Shown in pieces: positions 36,900-59,400 of a stretch of 64,000 bases of DNA. Every line of letters starts with the position of its first letter. Position 1 is the first letter of the stretch. Origin of the DNA: Azolla caroliniana (Eukaryota > Plantae > Polypodiophyta). A model generated the notes under the pieces. It made no database searches, was not told the DNA's origin, and saw only the letters and a list, made by a program, of their open reading frames with translations. Location: assembly GCA_043228905.1 (NCBI GenBank), contig JBHGNT010000009.1, positions 22,258,001-22,322,000 on the forward strand, in the 5' to 3' direction. The translations under genes were made by a program, and so were the position numbers.

Positions 36900-39800
36900 G
36901 TTCAAAGCCTACACAAGGGATATTTGCATAGTGAGTAGAAGATGCAAACACTTGTTGAATTTTATAAAAAGAGAGAGGTGTTGAAGCATTCGAAGTTATT
37001 TGATAGTTCTATTGTCAATATTCATTCACATGTGAGCATACAAAATAAGAAAAGTTCATACACGACCAGTCGAATTTGAGCTTTCACTTAAAGGTATCAA
37101 TCTGGTTTACTTGCCGAAATGAATAGAATATTAATGGTTGCTTTGAATTGGCATCCTTTTCCATCTCACTACTTAAGAATCTATTTACCAAACATTTACT
37201 TACATAAGAGACAACATTGGTACATGTCAAGACGAACCAATGGCACATCCTGGCACATGCCTTGCTTCATCTTATTTTTCTAGCAAATAACTCTCGCATC
37301 CATGGGAAAGAAGAGCATGGTCATGCAAAACATAGATCAAGCTTTCCTTCATATATATAAACAAGACATAGCTTGCTAAAGCACAATGTCATTACCTACA
37401 TCAATGAAAAAGTTTTTTTATATAAGCAATATGATGTAGTGATAAGGTTTGTAGAATCTAACAATAATCTAGTGGGTTTATGTCTCTTGTAATGGATTTG
37501 ATATTTTTTGTTTAGGATAGGAACTCTTTATCATTTAAAATTAAGATCATGCATAGGAGACACGCATTCAACAAGGGAAACAATGGCTTATAGAGTTTGA
37601 GTTATGTCAAGGAATTTTTAAATTGTAATATATTTTTTAATATAATTTTAATATAAGTCTCCTGCTTTGGAATGTAATATTATTGATTCAATTGATTATA
37701 AAAGTTTAGTTCGGATCACATAGTACAACGTTACTCCTAAAAGACGGCTTCATAATATTTCCATGTTTCCACTATATAAAGATTGAAAATGATAACAGTG
37801 TCCTTGTTCCCCAATGATGGCGAAACTAGCAAGAACACACCACCATTTAGAGATGGTTGACGATCAATGTCAATGATCAAGCTATAATTGTCTTGGTGAG
37901 TCCGCAAATCAAACCTAAACCAAATCTCACTCGGTGCATCTTCCCTCACTTGCTAGAATACACATCACTAATTTTCTTATTCTACCCGATGCATCTCCAT
38001 CGAGGGATGTCTCCTACACCATAATCTCTCTCCCTCTCTCAACATGCATTCAACTTCCTTTTAGTGTAACCTCTTCCTTGCTCCCTTTTACAAAGGTTCA
38101 AGGCAATCCATTTTACATAAGAAGAACAAGAAAGAGTCCATTGAATCTATACAACATGATCAACACCATGCCCGATTGGTTCTTGGTGGTTGTAGTATTC
38201 AACTCTCATATTTTGAAAATAAAGGGTTTACAAAGTTATTATTGTTGAAAACCAAGAGACATATTTTCCTTAAGTTGGTCCTTCCAAGGTTTTGGACACC
38301 ATGGATCTCTTCCTATCGTTATCAATGGGTTGGTTATGATAACATTATGACATTTTGAGTTGTCTATGGAGAAGTGTTTTGTGTAGGTGCAGAAAACCTT
38401 TTTTACATATTTTTTTGTTCAAATCACACGCCAATCTCCCATGGACATTAAACGAATTTTATCTATCTATGCCTTTGCCACAATGTCGGCGCAACTATAT
38501 GACCTTGTAAGATTGTCTTTCACATTTACAATAACCTTTGCGAAAGTATTAAAGGTTTCTTGAGAATCTCGGTGTACCTATGCGATTGTGAGTAGACATT
38601 TTTGTTCATCGTCTTTATTCAAGTAGTTATTTTGGAATACTTACCATCAAATCCATGTTAGTGATGCCATTTACTTTACTCAACCACTTGGACAATATTT
38701 TCTATGATTTTCAAACTACATAACCTTCACTAGACAACTTTTAGAATTTATCTAGTTGCCATTTTGTACATAAAACATTATTTTGTGGGTTTTCACCTCT
38801 ACTTGGATCTCCACTATATGTTTGGGGCACTTCGAAAATTTTGTATGTTATTCTTTAGACAATATTCAAAGTAATTCAACATGCATACAAATGATCATTC
38901 TAGAATTAATGTTTCAATGAGTAATCTAGTTAGCCTCGTCATTCAATGTTTCAAGGAAATAATTCATATATTATAACATACCTTTGTGTGTTATTGCCTC
39001 AAATGTGTCATTGCCTTTAGACATTGAGAATCAATCACGTTTTAGTGCAAAGACATTTACAAACATTATGCACTTGAACACCACTGAATCACATTTGATC
39101 TTGAATGCATGTTGAAGCCCACCCCATGATGACGACAAGGATGGGATTACCAACACTATGGATCATGGTGCCATCAATTTAAAATAGTAAGTACTCTAAT
39201 AATAGCATGAGTACTTAAATTAGCCATGGTTTTGTTGACGTAAATGAGAGGAGCGATTTTGAGTTCTTAGCAAACTCCTTAAGTTTGCTAACATGACCAT
39301 CAAAGAAGCCAAAAGTAGTCATAACTTTATTGTATACATCATGCTAAAAATGTCTCATAAACTTGGAATCAAGATCTACATTGATATTATATTGCACCAA
39401 ATATTACCCAAAACAATATTGACAACCTTCAACAATAATTATTGTTTTTGTATGAATACATATTTTTACACACAATGTGAATTTTATATCCATGTACAAT
39501 ATCCATCATTTACCGAATGTGATATTAATGACGTAACTAACAGAATTATGGAAAAACTATTATGAATGAGCAATACTGACAACAAGAGTTTGTATTCAAG
39601 CATGAAACATGCATCATTCTCATATGATTGGGCTTATCACAATAGGACCAAGCCATAAGTTTAAAACTACGGCAATATAATTTATTGCAATGCTATAACG
39701 AAACTAAAATCGACAATAACATGGCACATGCATGAAATATGGAATGAATGCCCCAAAATGCTATGATAGGAATACGATGCACATGGTCCCTCGACAATAA

Positions 39801-40600
39801 AAGCTTGAAATATCAAGACATAAGTTGACCACCTCCGTAGGAAGATGGCGAATACCCCACAGGGCCACATGTAACATAAACAATCCATTTTCTAGGCTAT
39901 TATTCCACATGGACGATACTGATATCCAAGTTTGAGTGAATATGATCTCGAAAGGTGTTGACTCTTTCCACACCTTTGCAACCCTAGTGAAAACGAGGAT
40001 ACCTTACCTTACATGAATATAAGGATACTAAAATCAAATTGTTAATAAGAACAACTTAATCTCCCAAAAATGAGATATACTCAACCAACATTAACAATTT
40101 ATATGTGATTGCCATAGGTTGCATGGGTTGACAAATTGTCCTAGGCAAAGAAGGGCAAAAAGTATAGAGAATGATCATGAAACCCATGGTACCATATCAT
40201 CGAGTGCATCTAGCAACAATAATATGCAATACTAATTTATCACCTTCCATCATATGGTATATTTAATATGTTATTCAAATACAAGTGTTACCTGAAAAGG
40301 TTTGGGTAGAGGTCCTAGATGCATATGGAATGTTCGGAAGTTTACAAAAAGCTTTGTGGTGCTCACAAACTCTTAAGATAAAAATCTTGAACACACAATT
40401 GAATGATCAAGCATGCTTCTTGTGTGCACACCTTATATGAAACAAATTCAAACATGTGAGCACATTTTTTATGGTGTCCATGCATATTCAACACATCGCT
40501 ACACAAATTCATTCCATAATCGGTTGGATAAGCAATCCACGCATGTATGTCTTCAACAATTAAGTGTAGCGAATCATGCAAAACAACCCTGACATGAACG
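36900..40600 (-). pseudogene. Possible highly decayed DNA-transposon (MULE-like) relics in AT-rich sequence
   Basis: Only short motif-like traces (for example LLASLM/TLVFE-type stretches and Cys/His clusters); no intact ORF. Confidence 0.2.
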
Positions 40601-41389
40601 TGGAATTCTTGTCTTCATTTGTTGAGTGTTCAAAAATACTTTTGTGAATCTCACATAAGTTCATACTTGGGGTCTTTTTAAAATTATGCACTATGAGCTA
40701 AATCACAACGTGAAAGGAACACGTTAAAGACATGCTTATGGGTTCACATAAGTATTGTCTTCTATCCAAGCAAGTGGTATTCATATGGAGTATACTTAGA
40801 AACAATCTTACACCTATTATGGCCTTGCTCACTCACCAAAGCATTTATAACAAGCACAAGTGCAACACGTTTGACCGTTTTGATGGATTCCACACGTTTC
40901 TACGAATGGACAAGATTCTAGGCACTTTGGATATGTAGATTGCTTGAAGTTGTAAGGCCATTGGTCAAAACAAACTACAAGAAGTTAGCTTCTTTGAGTA
41001 ATCACTTCGACAATCTTTTTCCGATTGTTTGTAACGTAGGGGCATCCCACTTCTAGCCTACATTCTTTACTATTGAGAACTTCTAAGCACTTTAGTGTCT
41101 ACCCGACACTTCATAACTCTCTATAATTTCGTGGGTTTGAACTTTGGACCTCATGTCGAGGCTTCCCATTAGAAATATATGTATCTCTAAGAGAAGGAAT
41201 ACAAAGCATTACTTCCATACATCAAATAAAACTCGTAATGTAAACTTTAGCAACTCAAGATCGTGCATACTAAAGCATTTGCTCCCAGAAATGGAATCGC
41301 TTAATCGAAATTGACATTCATTTGACGCATTTTGGAGGAGGAGCAAGACGGGCATGCCATTGCCATTCAGAATGTAGTACCGGGCATGA

Positions 41390-41589
41390 AAGAATAGAAT
41401 GTGCGTGGGAAGTTTCAAGAGTCCTCATGGCCACAAGCAGAGTGTTTTTGTGTGAACGAATAGAACCTGCAAAGGAAGTTTCAAGAATCCTCCTGGGCAC
41501 AGGCAGAGTGTTTGTGTGTGAACGAATAGAACTCGCATAGGAAGTTTCAAGAATCCTCCTGGGCACAGGCAGAGTGTTTGTGTGTGAAA
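41390..41589. repeat. Three copies of a 66-bp tandem repeat upstream of the CK1 gene
   Basis: GGAAGTTTCAAGA at 41408, 41474 and 41540. Confidence 0.9.
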
Positions 41590-41894
41590 ACGCCCACTGC
41601 AGCAAGAGGAACAGGTCGAGCAACAACCGAAGCAAGGAAGCAAGCGAAGGAACGAGACGGGGCGCGGGTTGTGAGGGGCCCTTTCGGGGTACTTGGTGTG
41701 AACGTGGCCCGGGGGCGGTGATCCTGGACATATGGTGTGAACGGGCGCCGGATGCCGACCAGGTGGTGAGAACATATGGGCCGGCCATTTATCGCCGTAA
41801 TGCTGGCCGTTGCGGTGCGAAGAGCGCACACAGGCGGGCGGGCGGACAAAGAAGGAATGAGAGAAGGAGGGAGGGAGGGTGTGGACATGCAATG

Positions 41895-42660
41895 AATGAA
41901 GGAGAAGAAGGAGAAGAAGAAGAAGAAGAAGAAGAAGAAGAAGAAGGAAGCTTGACCTGGAGACGGTGACGGAGGGGGGTACTTGACGGCAGGATGACGG
42001 AGAGCGCCGTCAAGTCAAGCCGTGCGTGTGTGGGTGAGTGAGGGAAGTGGCTTTTCTGAGTTCTGTGCGCGTGTGTATCTTCATCTTCATCTTCATCTCC
42101 ATCTCCATCTCCTTCTTCTTCTCCTTCTGTGTTCTTCTCTGAAAATTCAAAGAAAGAAAGAGACATATCTTAAGAGAGAAGGTCTCTCTCCCCCTCTCTC
42201 CCCTCCTCCTTTCGTAATGGTTTCTTCTTCTTCTGGTTCGCTTTAGACCCCCCCCCCCCTCCCCCTCAATTTTTTTTTCTTTCTTTTGGGTCCATCAGAT
42301 CTCTACCCCTAATGGAGCTTTCTCTCGATTCTTTCTCCTCCGACTAGGGTATCTGTTTTCCTCCCTCCCTCTCTCTCTCTCCCCCCCCTTTTTAGGGTTT
42401 CTGGTATTGCCATAAGACTTTCTCTCCCTCTAGGGTTTCTGATCTGATCTGTGTCTTTTTAGGGTTTCCGATCTCAGCCTTAAGCTCCCGATTAGGGTTT
42501 CCATTCACTGCATATATATATATATATCCCCGCTTCTTATTTTGTCTGGTCTTTTGTACAGCTCTTATATACACGGTTTTTGGGGAAGTTCCATTTTGCT
42601 TGGAAGCCTTATTCTTTGCTCTTTTCTTCTTCTTCTCTCGTTTCCTGTTTCTTTTACTTC
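41895..42660 (+). promoter_or_regulatory. Probable promoter/5' UTR of CK1 with a (GAA)n tract, CT-rich tracts and telo-box-like TAGGGTTT motifs
   Basis: GAA repeat about 41900-41946; TAGGGTTT near 42393, 42431, 42460 and 42493; lies directly upstream of the ATG. Confidence 0.5.
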
Positions 42661-42666
42661 TTCTTC

Positions 42667-50140
<7,474 letters not shown>

Positions 50141-53100
50141 GATGAAAAGAAGAAGAAAGGTTTAGCTATATAGAAAAGCTCTTTGTCTTTTTTTCAAGTC
50201 TAGCTTTTTGCAGTACCTATATCCTCTGGTAGATATAAATACATATATCTGCTTTGTGCCGAGTCATCGTGAAGAAGCTGAATTCGCCTCGATGACTCCT
50301 GAAGAAAACCATACTGCAGCAACACTCCACTCTGCTTCTTCATTGTCTTTCGAAGGGAGGTTCTTTGTACATTTTCTTCTTTTTTTCAAAAAATGATGTT
50401 GATTTAATGGGATGAGTTTATTTAGGACTTGGAGTGGCTTGGTTTGCCACCTTATTTCACTTGGGTTTTTTATACAGCAATAAATTTGCTGTGTCTTCGA
50501 AGTAAAAAAAAACCAAATCAAATAGAAGCAAAAGCTTTAATCCTCTTTACCAATTTCCGTGCCATCTTGTCTAAAAGATGGGCATCTTCAGTTATATGTA
50601 GTGGTGGAAGGGGCCCCTCTCTTCTTTGTATTAAAGGGGGTTGGTTTGTGCGTGCCCTCAACACTTGTGATTGGTGGAGAAAACCGAACTAAGAACTATA
50701 TTTTCTGCTTTGCTTATGGCAGTACAGATATATATATATTATATCTGATGGATATGGTGTATGAAAACCAAGTTTATTCTTTTGGAAGTTTTTATTTGCT
50801 TAAAAGTTTAGGGAAAAACAAGGATTCAAACTGGTGATGTCAATAGTGTTACTCAGAAGAATAAAATGTAGAGTATTAGTGTTAAATATATAAGAAGAAT
50901 ATATGCATATTACTGATGTGGACATTTTACATGAGATGGTTGAATATTATTGAACAATTGTGTTTCTTTGTCTTTCTTGCTTCATTTGGCTACTCTTGTA
51001 GAGTACCATATTCAGCAAGTCAGCAATCCTCTAGTTGCATATCGTAACATCTTAAATGTATTCCTGTGCATTAATGGAGGATCAGAGAGGATTCATGATG
51101 ATTGATATTTCTTTGTTATTGATTGCTATTTACCAATGGATGCTCAATACAATAGCAGCTAAATGTGAGATTCTTAATAAATCCTAAGAAATTGGTCTCC
51201 TACTGATGGTATGACATAAATATCCTCTTGTATTGGTTTAACATTACAACATTATTTTCCCTTTAATTTGTCTGTCATGAGAGGCTTTATGACTTTTGAT
51301 AATGCCCAGGTAGCACTACTAGGGGTTCCTTTGAAAGAATGGACACCCTCAGTTGAAATTCAGGATTTGAATTATTAAGTTGATCCTGATCACCTGGAGT
51401 CCAAGATTCTTGATCAGCCCTAAGAAATATTGCTGATTTGGAACCTATATTGGTAAGCATTGTATTATGATGTGTCCTTGTTTGAAATCCTTCTCTTGAA
51501 ATTCTAAATGAGATGCTCTCTGCACTATGGTATAAACTTTATGCCAAATACTTGTTACAATAACAAAATTTGTGATCTCCTTCTCTTTCTAAATTCTTGA
51601 TGAAATGTACCATTCATACTCTTTAGTCTCTAATGTTCTTCCTTCACTCTTTGATATTGTCTTCAGACACCTTACTTTTGAAATGTTGTAACTTGTAAAG
51701 CGCTCATTAATCTTTAAGGACATGCATTGATTGTTCAATTTAATGTCATGGAAATCATACGGAAAGAAACATCCTTAATGCTTTAGAAAAGTATATGAAA
51801 TTGTGCATGAACTTCGTGCTTTGCTGGTGTCAACTTGATTTTAACTTCATGTGGACTTGAGTGTTGAGATAATGGCCTCTACCAAAGAGGTCCATTGTGT
51901 TTGTTGCATAACAACATGCATCATTTAAGAAGATAGATACCCGTCACACGAGTATTGTCGAATTTGACATGTGTAAAGACACTTTTGAAACATTGCAAAA
52001 CTTGGAAAGATACACTACTAGAGGGATCACATGTCTTTATTTATTTTCTTAGAATCATAAATTAAAAGTGGGAATGTGCTATTAATGGTTTTCAGTAAAA
52101 TTCACAGATCAATAACTTTCTCTCGAAAGGACAAAATATTTGTTGCCAAAGGTTCCTCATGTTTGTGTGTGTGAGACCAAGGAGACTTTTCAATATTCAT
52201 ATTTCTCTTAGAGAGAGAGAGAGAGAGAGAAATGGATAAATAGACAAGGATGTTTTTACTTCATTTTACTAACATGTGGTCACATGTCAATTTTCATTAT
52301 TTATTTATTTGTTAGTATGAACAACAAAACAACAAAATTATATTAAAAAAATGAATGATTCATATTGGTGCTGGGACTATCGACATTTAACTAGGAAAGC
52401 GTAGTGTCTTAGTGAACCAAGACAATGATTAGGTGGAATGTAGATCCCAATCAAGATAAAAACTTATATATTGCATCTAAGTTTAGGGATCATTAATGTG
52501 TTGATGTAGGTACAAGCAAACATATTTACCCAAGTACTCTTTGTGGGATGTCTCCACGTTGTGCTTTATGTATTCAACTTCGGCATCGTCATTGTCTTCA
52601 TGATCGATGGACTTCTCCACTTCTTTTTTGTTTCAAGTTTGCCAACTATGTTACTTCAATCATGACTTCACCATGTAGCAAACATATAAACCCATGGGTC
52701 TGGCCATCGTTTACATTGTTAAATTTTTTATTACATATGTTTTCATAGTATCCATCAATATTTTAGTCTACATTACCAACAAAGTATGGAGGGGGATACC
52801 TTTGCATTTCCTTGAAAAGATTTCTCACCAAGTGAAGAGCATTGATCATGCATTTGTCACACACATTTAGACACACGTCATATTTTGTAATGTTGAAGGC
52901 CTTTTGATTTGTCATAAATCTATGAGAAATGAGTCATGCAAGCACTAATAATCTTTTGGGGCACACTAAACTCCAAATCACTTACATTGACAATTCTTCA
53001 TGTGAGATGTTGACCAATAAGTACTCCAAATCTCATCAAGTTTAACAAAGAACTTTGTGTGAGAGGGCTAGGGATTGAAATTTCTTGTTGAACCTCTTCT

Positions 53101-53334
53101 TGGTACACCCCTGTTATGTTTTAAACAGATAGGAACCTTTGACCTAGATCAAGTTTGGAATATCTTTCTCCCATAACTAAATCATAGGTCTAATGAGATT
53201 AATATCTTGAGTTCATAACATGTAATTTGTTGGAATCTCATCTTATCCTTTTCCAAGTCATAACATTGAAATTCCATAAACCTCTCCAAGTTTGTAGGTT
53301 TATCTAATTTCCTTTTTCAGTCGGTTCAATTGTT

Positions 53335-54200
53335 TAAAGTATTTGGTTTCAAGACCAAGGGTGTAGGTTTGAATATTGCAGCAAGTTATCTTATTGTTTT
53401 ATTATGTGGATGATGTAGTTCTCTTTTCATATGATGTTGATGGTATAGAACATTTACTTGGGAGTGTCAGAATTTTGTTAAAGTGGAGCACTAACTACGA
53501 ATGTGGACAAAACAAAAATGTCAATAGTGTGGAAACAACCTCATTGATATCATACACTTACATATAAGGGAGAACATATACAATTTGTGCAAAGCTTTAA
53601 GTATATTGGTATTGATGTACCCTCCACAAAAAAATGGAGTGTATGCTTGGAGTCTAGGCTTCAAGTTGGAACAATTATTATATATTGGAGAAACAATGTA
53701 ACCAAAATGATACTCATGGATGGGAAGTGAAACAAATGTAATTTAATGCCATGTTTACTCAAGTATTCCCTTATTGAGTGAAAGTGTGGGGCGACAATAT
53801 CTTTCTTAATGCAAAGAATGACATTGGGAAGATTCAAAAGAGGTTTTCTAAGGAGACAAATGAGCGTTAAATCCACTACATCCTGCTACATTATGTTCTT
53901 GGAAGCATTACAAAGAGTATATATATACATCACAAAACTCAAGAATATGCGAGGACCACATTGTGCTTGGAATGTTGGATGTAAGCTATAATTCGAATCA
54001 CAAGAAAAATATTGTCTTATTTGGTTGGGTACTTAACACAAAAAATGGCTCAAAAGATGGAGTGTGGACGATCTCTTAGAGCTTTCAAGTGTTTTTTTTT
54101 CCAAAAAAAAATTCCTTCCATTAGATATAAAATTTTACAGATGAGAATGCTATATACAAATCGTAGTAGGGATGTTATAGTTCCATCTTATATGGAAGCC
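53335..54200 (+). mobile_element. Decayed non-LTR retrotransposon RT fragment (possibly RTE-like)
   Basis: LFYYVDDVVLFS and a downstream FKYIG-like motif; many stops and frameshifts. Confidence 0.55.
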
Positions 54201-54955
54201 CACTGACTCAAGAAAGGGAGAGGATGACCATTGTTGGATGAAGGCTAATCGTTGTCTCTCGACTTCATCGGATCTGCCTATGAGGCCATCGTATTGGCTC
54301 TTTCGAATGGCTACAATTTCACTCCATATCTCCTGCAATAACATTGCTTGATGCACAATTTGATTGGAAAAGACCCGTATACATTGTTGTTTTTAGAGAA
54401 TCCAAAGAGCTATTGGGTTGACCAATTCCAACACAACTTGAGCTTTGACATTAATAGGATTTGAGTGGATATTGTCAATGGTGGAAAACAAAATCCCTTG
54501 TGCCTTTATCACTAGTTTGCAATGCAATATGTAATTATTGAGTAAAGGTTAATGGAACAATAAAGAAGAATTAGAAGATGCGAAAAGGACAAAATTAGAA
54601 TATTACATTGCAAACATGAACCCTAAATGTTAGGTTCAATAGAAGGCAATAAAAGCCTATTGAAGTATTCAACCTTATCTCATCATCAATATAAGGATTA
54701 CCTTTCATAGACCCCACAAAGCATATAAGGTATGACAACATATAAGGAAGGCCTAATCGAGGATAAATATCACACATAGAGATTTTGTGCTTTGTAATAT
54801 GAATATCCCTTCTTAGGAAGGATACACACATTAAGAAAACTTGTTCACTTTAGTCCCATGAGTGGATATTCACACCTTTAAGGACAAGAATAAATTTCTA
54901 TCTATCAATCTGGTAACAATGCTAAATAGGATGTCTCGATTGGAGTTATAAACTC

Positions 54956-56905
54956 GTTGGCATGTTGGATGTTAGATAAAGATTGCATCAAAAATATTAA
55001 GGCAATGGTGAGAGGGTTCCTTTGGTCGGGTAGAGACCATGAGACATTGTCGGCTAAAGTGGCTTGGAGTTGTTTGATCAAGGAAAAAAGTCAAGGTGGA
55101 CTTGGGCTGGTGGATCCGGTTCACCAAAGTAAGGCTTTACTTGGTAAGCTCTTGGTGCGAAGTCTCCAACCTGGACCAGAATTGTGGAAATTGCTTCTTA
55201 GAGACAGAGCTAAACTCTGGTGTCCGAGGAATGGCGGCCCTTGGACGGCAAAAGAACCTACTAGCATGGAGGATAGGGTGGCCCGCTCCATAATGAGGGC
55301 ATGGTCAAGTTTAAGAGAGGGGCTTGTCTTAATGCAGCCAAAAACAATGGAGGAACAACTTCGTCAACCTCTATTTTGGAACCCCAGGATTCGAAGTGAT
55401 GACGATATGATGCTTGGTCAGAAAAAATACTTGCCATGGGGAAAAATGGTAGAGTACAATGTTAGTTCAGTAAGAGACTGGGAGGAGTTCAAAAGGAGAA
55501 GAAGGGAGGGACTGGTTGGTAGCCCTAGATTTACTAGCAAGATGGAAAAGATTACCCATTTGATAGATAAGGCTGTTGATGGTCTAGCTAGGATGAATGA
55601 AGAAGAGGGGGTCTGGTTTGGGTGGTTTGTGGGTGAGGACGATGCACAAGTTATCCGAGGCAGGTGCCCATCTAATGAGTATCGGTGGTGGGGCAACCTA
55701 AGTGCTTTGGCAGACAATGGCTAGTGGTTGGCAGTACGAGTGGCAATGCTAGAAGGTAAGAAGTGGCAAGTAAACCCGGACCCAGGGAAGCTGCAATCTG
55801 ATTGTAAGCTTTGGATAGTTGACAACAAGCCCATATGTGATCTGGATTGGGATCCACTAGAGGTGTGGTGGTAGAAACTAGGAACGGACAAACTTGAACG
55901 GTTTTTCGAGTACACTACCAAACTAGGAAGGCAAATCATTGGATCTAAATCGATGGGTGTTGCCCTAACTCGCAATAGTTGGAAGGATAAAGGCATTTCT
56001 GATGGCTGGTTGAAGTTGTTTTGGAGGAGGCTATGGGTGTTCGATATGCCAGAAAAAATAAAGCTTTGGTTGTGCCTTCTTAGTCACAAAGCTGTACCAG
56101 TGGGGGAGTGGCTTAGGTGTCGTGGTGGTGAGGTTGGATGCAAAATTTGTGGTCACCCTTTGGAATCAATTCCTCATTGTTTTTGGAATTGTAACGAGGC
56201 TATTAACATTTGGGGTAGAAGTCTCCGGATAGTGGCAGCATGCGGCGTGAATGGGAGAGTTGTATGGGGGTCCGTACAGGGGCTGAAGTTAACAGGGGAA
56301 GGTTGGGCTGAACAGTTAAACCCTCACGGACATGGATTTATAGTGCAAGGTGGCAAGGTGTTTCAACGGGCTGGAGTTCGACCTGGCACTAACTCAGAAC
56401 TTTTTGAAGAGATATGGAGGATGGTGGCTTGTTTATCGGTCTGGCACATTTGGACCAACCGCTGTAAGTTTGTTTTTCAACAACAAAAGATCCCTAGTGG
56501 TGAGGTATTAATAAATATCTGGTTTGAGTTGGTCTCTTGGCTGCGGGGACGATACGACTCGATTAAGGGGGAATCTGATGCAGTTGAAAGATCTCGATCA
56601 AAGTTCTTGCTGAAATGGGGTAATTCTCATCATCATCAGGGCCTCAATGGCACTACCAAGCACCCCGATGGTTGTTTCCCCCAATAGTTTCCAACAACGC
56701 CTAGGTGTTGTAAATTTGTATAGTTATGGTACAAATAACTAGGTTATTGGAGTTGTTTGGATACGTTTGTTGAAAATGAGGTGGGGACTATGTCCGCTTT
56801 GGTGGGAAGGTCAGAGTGAGGGCTGTTGAGAGGAATTTTGAGAGTTCTATGATGTAATTTTGTTTGCTAACTAATGCGAAGCAATATTTTTTTGGAAAAA
56901 AAAAA
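54956..56905 (+). mobile_element. 5'-truncated L1-like LINE (ORF2 C-terminus with zf-RVT, poly-A tail)
   Basis: FLWSG..KVAW..GGLGL motif, CKICGHPLESIPHCFWNC zinc finger, poly-A 56896-56905, short TSD AAACTC (54950-54955 and 56903-56908). Confidence 0.88.
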
Positions 56906-58859
56906 CTCTTCATAGAGGATGTGTAGAGTGCCAAATTGTCATCTACCTTGTTTTTATTGACACATGTAGGTATTATTGCTAATCATTCCGAAGCTACTAA
57001 TGATCACGTCAATCACTAAGATGAACTCCACTAATCTAAACATTTAAGCAACAAGAAAAACCATAGTGAAACCATGCAAATATAATATTAAGCTAACAAC
57101 ACTTAATACAAGTGAATACCATGAGGGTTAAAATAAAGCACATGAGATGCAAGGTTGTTGAAGATGTCTTATAAACTTTTAGTGGAAGCTCACATTCCTA
57201 GTCTATTGACACAATTGCAATAATGTGTATATATTTACAAGAAACTATAATAATATTGCATAAAGAAGTACATGCTTGTATTTAGAAGGAAATGATGAGT
57301 CTAACATATAGTGGATTTGCAAGCAATAGGGTTAATTATTTGAAAGAGGACTAACTTGCTTTTAGTTGCCCAAATGTCTCAACTAGAGACCAAAATAACA
57401 ACAATGAATCCCTATTCAAAGCAAATGCAAAAATGAAATCTCAACTTGCGGAAAAAGATGACACAATCATGATAAAATAGAAAAATGTTCTTATGATGAA
57501 AATACTAAAAGAAGAAGTTAATGAAGTTACTAAACCCAAAGATGTGTTGCAAATAAACTATGGTAAAGATTTAGAAGAAATTCCCAAAAATCTCATTGGT
57601 CATATATTGAAAAATTGTTAGTGAATTTCTAAGGTTGAAAGGCATAGTTGTGCTCTCAAAATGTCCATTTGAAGTGCAAAATTTGAATGGGGATCTTGAA
57701 TGTCGCATAAATCCACTTCCTGAATTCATGTTACGTTTTGATCGCGAGAGATTACAAATTGGCCCCTACAGATGCTCTTTCCTTGGTTGTAGATCAATAC
57801 GACAAACATAAGGCCAATGCTCGGAGAGTAGTGTGTTGGCCTTCACTTTATGAAGACATCAGTGAATTCTTGAATGGGTGGATCTTGGAATTGTGTGAGT
57901 GTTAAGCCTAAGCAGGACATAGCCTCACCTAAGCTAAACCTTTGGGTAAGGTATGAAAGGAGATGAAGCAAGACAATAGAGACACTTCAAAGTGAAAGAT
58001 ACACATGAAGGGTTATAATTGTGCATTGTGTAAACCTTCTTTAAAAGAGGTATAAAAGCAAAATTTAAGCTTTTTTCCTCCATTCTCTTTGGTATTAGAT
58101 TGAGGTTCAACTCTCCATTCCTATCTCACTAAGCTTAATCATTCTCATATATACCTATCTCTTGTAAGCTCTACTCGATTGAGGAATAAAGCATTTGGTT
58201 GTTGGTGACATTATTTTGTGAATTTCGTTGTATTTTCCTTTCTTGTTTTTCAATATTTCATTTAAGGGTTTAAATAGATTGCTAAGTCTAAGAGCGTGCA
58301 TTTATGGTGAAACTCTTTGTAAAATAAGGGTTAATGAGATTATTGATCTTTGTATTAATATATGCCGGGGATCTAAATAATGTAGGAATGTTCAATGGTG
58401 ATTTACACTCATTTCTCCTTACCTCAGTTGCAACATGGTGCATGCTTTATTGATGCCACAACAATCTAATGTGAAGAAAACAATGGGTTATCATGTTGAC
58501 ACCATTCCATTGGCTTCATTTCCAAGGACTTAAGCAATCATTAACAAATGTTGGCGAGCTTTTTGTAAGCTCCCAAGGCATGCAACAAGTGGGTGAAGAA
58601 GCATATATTTTCTATCACAAGTTTTTAGTTAGTTTTATTTTGTTATTGTGTTAAATCATTACATCATATTTGTTTTTGGATTTGATTTCATAGTTAGTCA
58701 CGAAAATTTGATTAATCACTATAATTAAGGGTTCAACTAACTTTTAGAAAGAAGAACTATCACATACCATGACAAAAGTCTTTTAATAGAAATATTTATG
58801 GTCAAATTTAAATTTCTTTTACCAAACAACTATGATGTCAACAAAGAGGATCTACCTAT

Positions 58860-59400
58860 GCAAGGGGAGATAGTGATGAATGAAGCCTAGAAACGAAGGG
58901 ACTTAAGGTTACTACCTACAAAAAGATAACTACCCACTACCCACTACCCACCTACAAAATCTAGAAATGGAAGGACTACAAGGACGATGGCTCCCTACAA
59001 AAATTCCGCATGAAAGAACTCTTGAACCACAATGCCACCAAGTACCTATGAAGAGAAATGGAGACAACTACCAATGGAGTGACACCTAACTATGAATCAA
59101 TTCCTAACTACCATGCAACTTACACACGAAAGGAAAGACAACTACCAATGCAAGGACAAGTAACTACGAAAGAAGCCAAAAGCCAAAGAGATTTAGTACT
59201 TTGTGTGTAGCTATGAAAGTACAACCATTTGGGGGAAAAATCACACCTAGCTATGAAATAACACTCAACAACAAAAAGGTTTTTGAACTTGGAAGACTAT
59301 TTGGCTAACAGAACTACTTGGTTCACTACAAGCTATGGTTGGTTTCTCATAACCCAAACAACCAAAATGGTGATTAAAATACAAAACACTCCCATTGTTA
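58860..59400 (+). repeat. Decayed gypsy-type PPT and LTR start
   Basis: AAGGGGAGATAG-TG at 58862-58875 resembles the PPT/LTR junction at 25709-25721. Confidence 0.35.

Noticed and set aside
41318-42166. Overlapping 113-156 aa ORFs upstream of CK1
   Set aside because: Produced by GC-rich and microsatellite sequence plus the 66-bp repeat; no recognisable domain.
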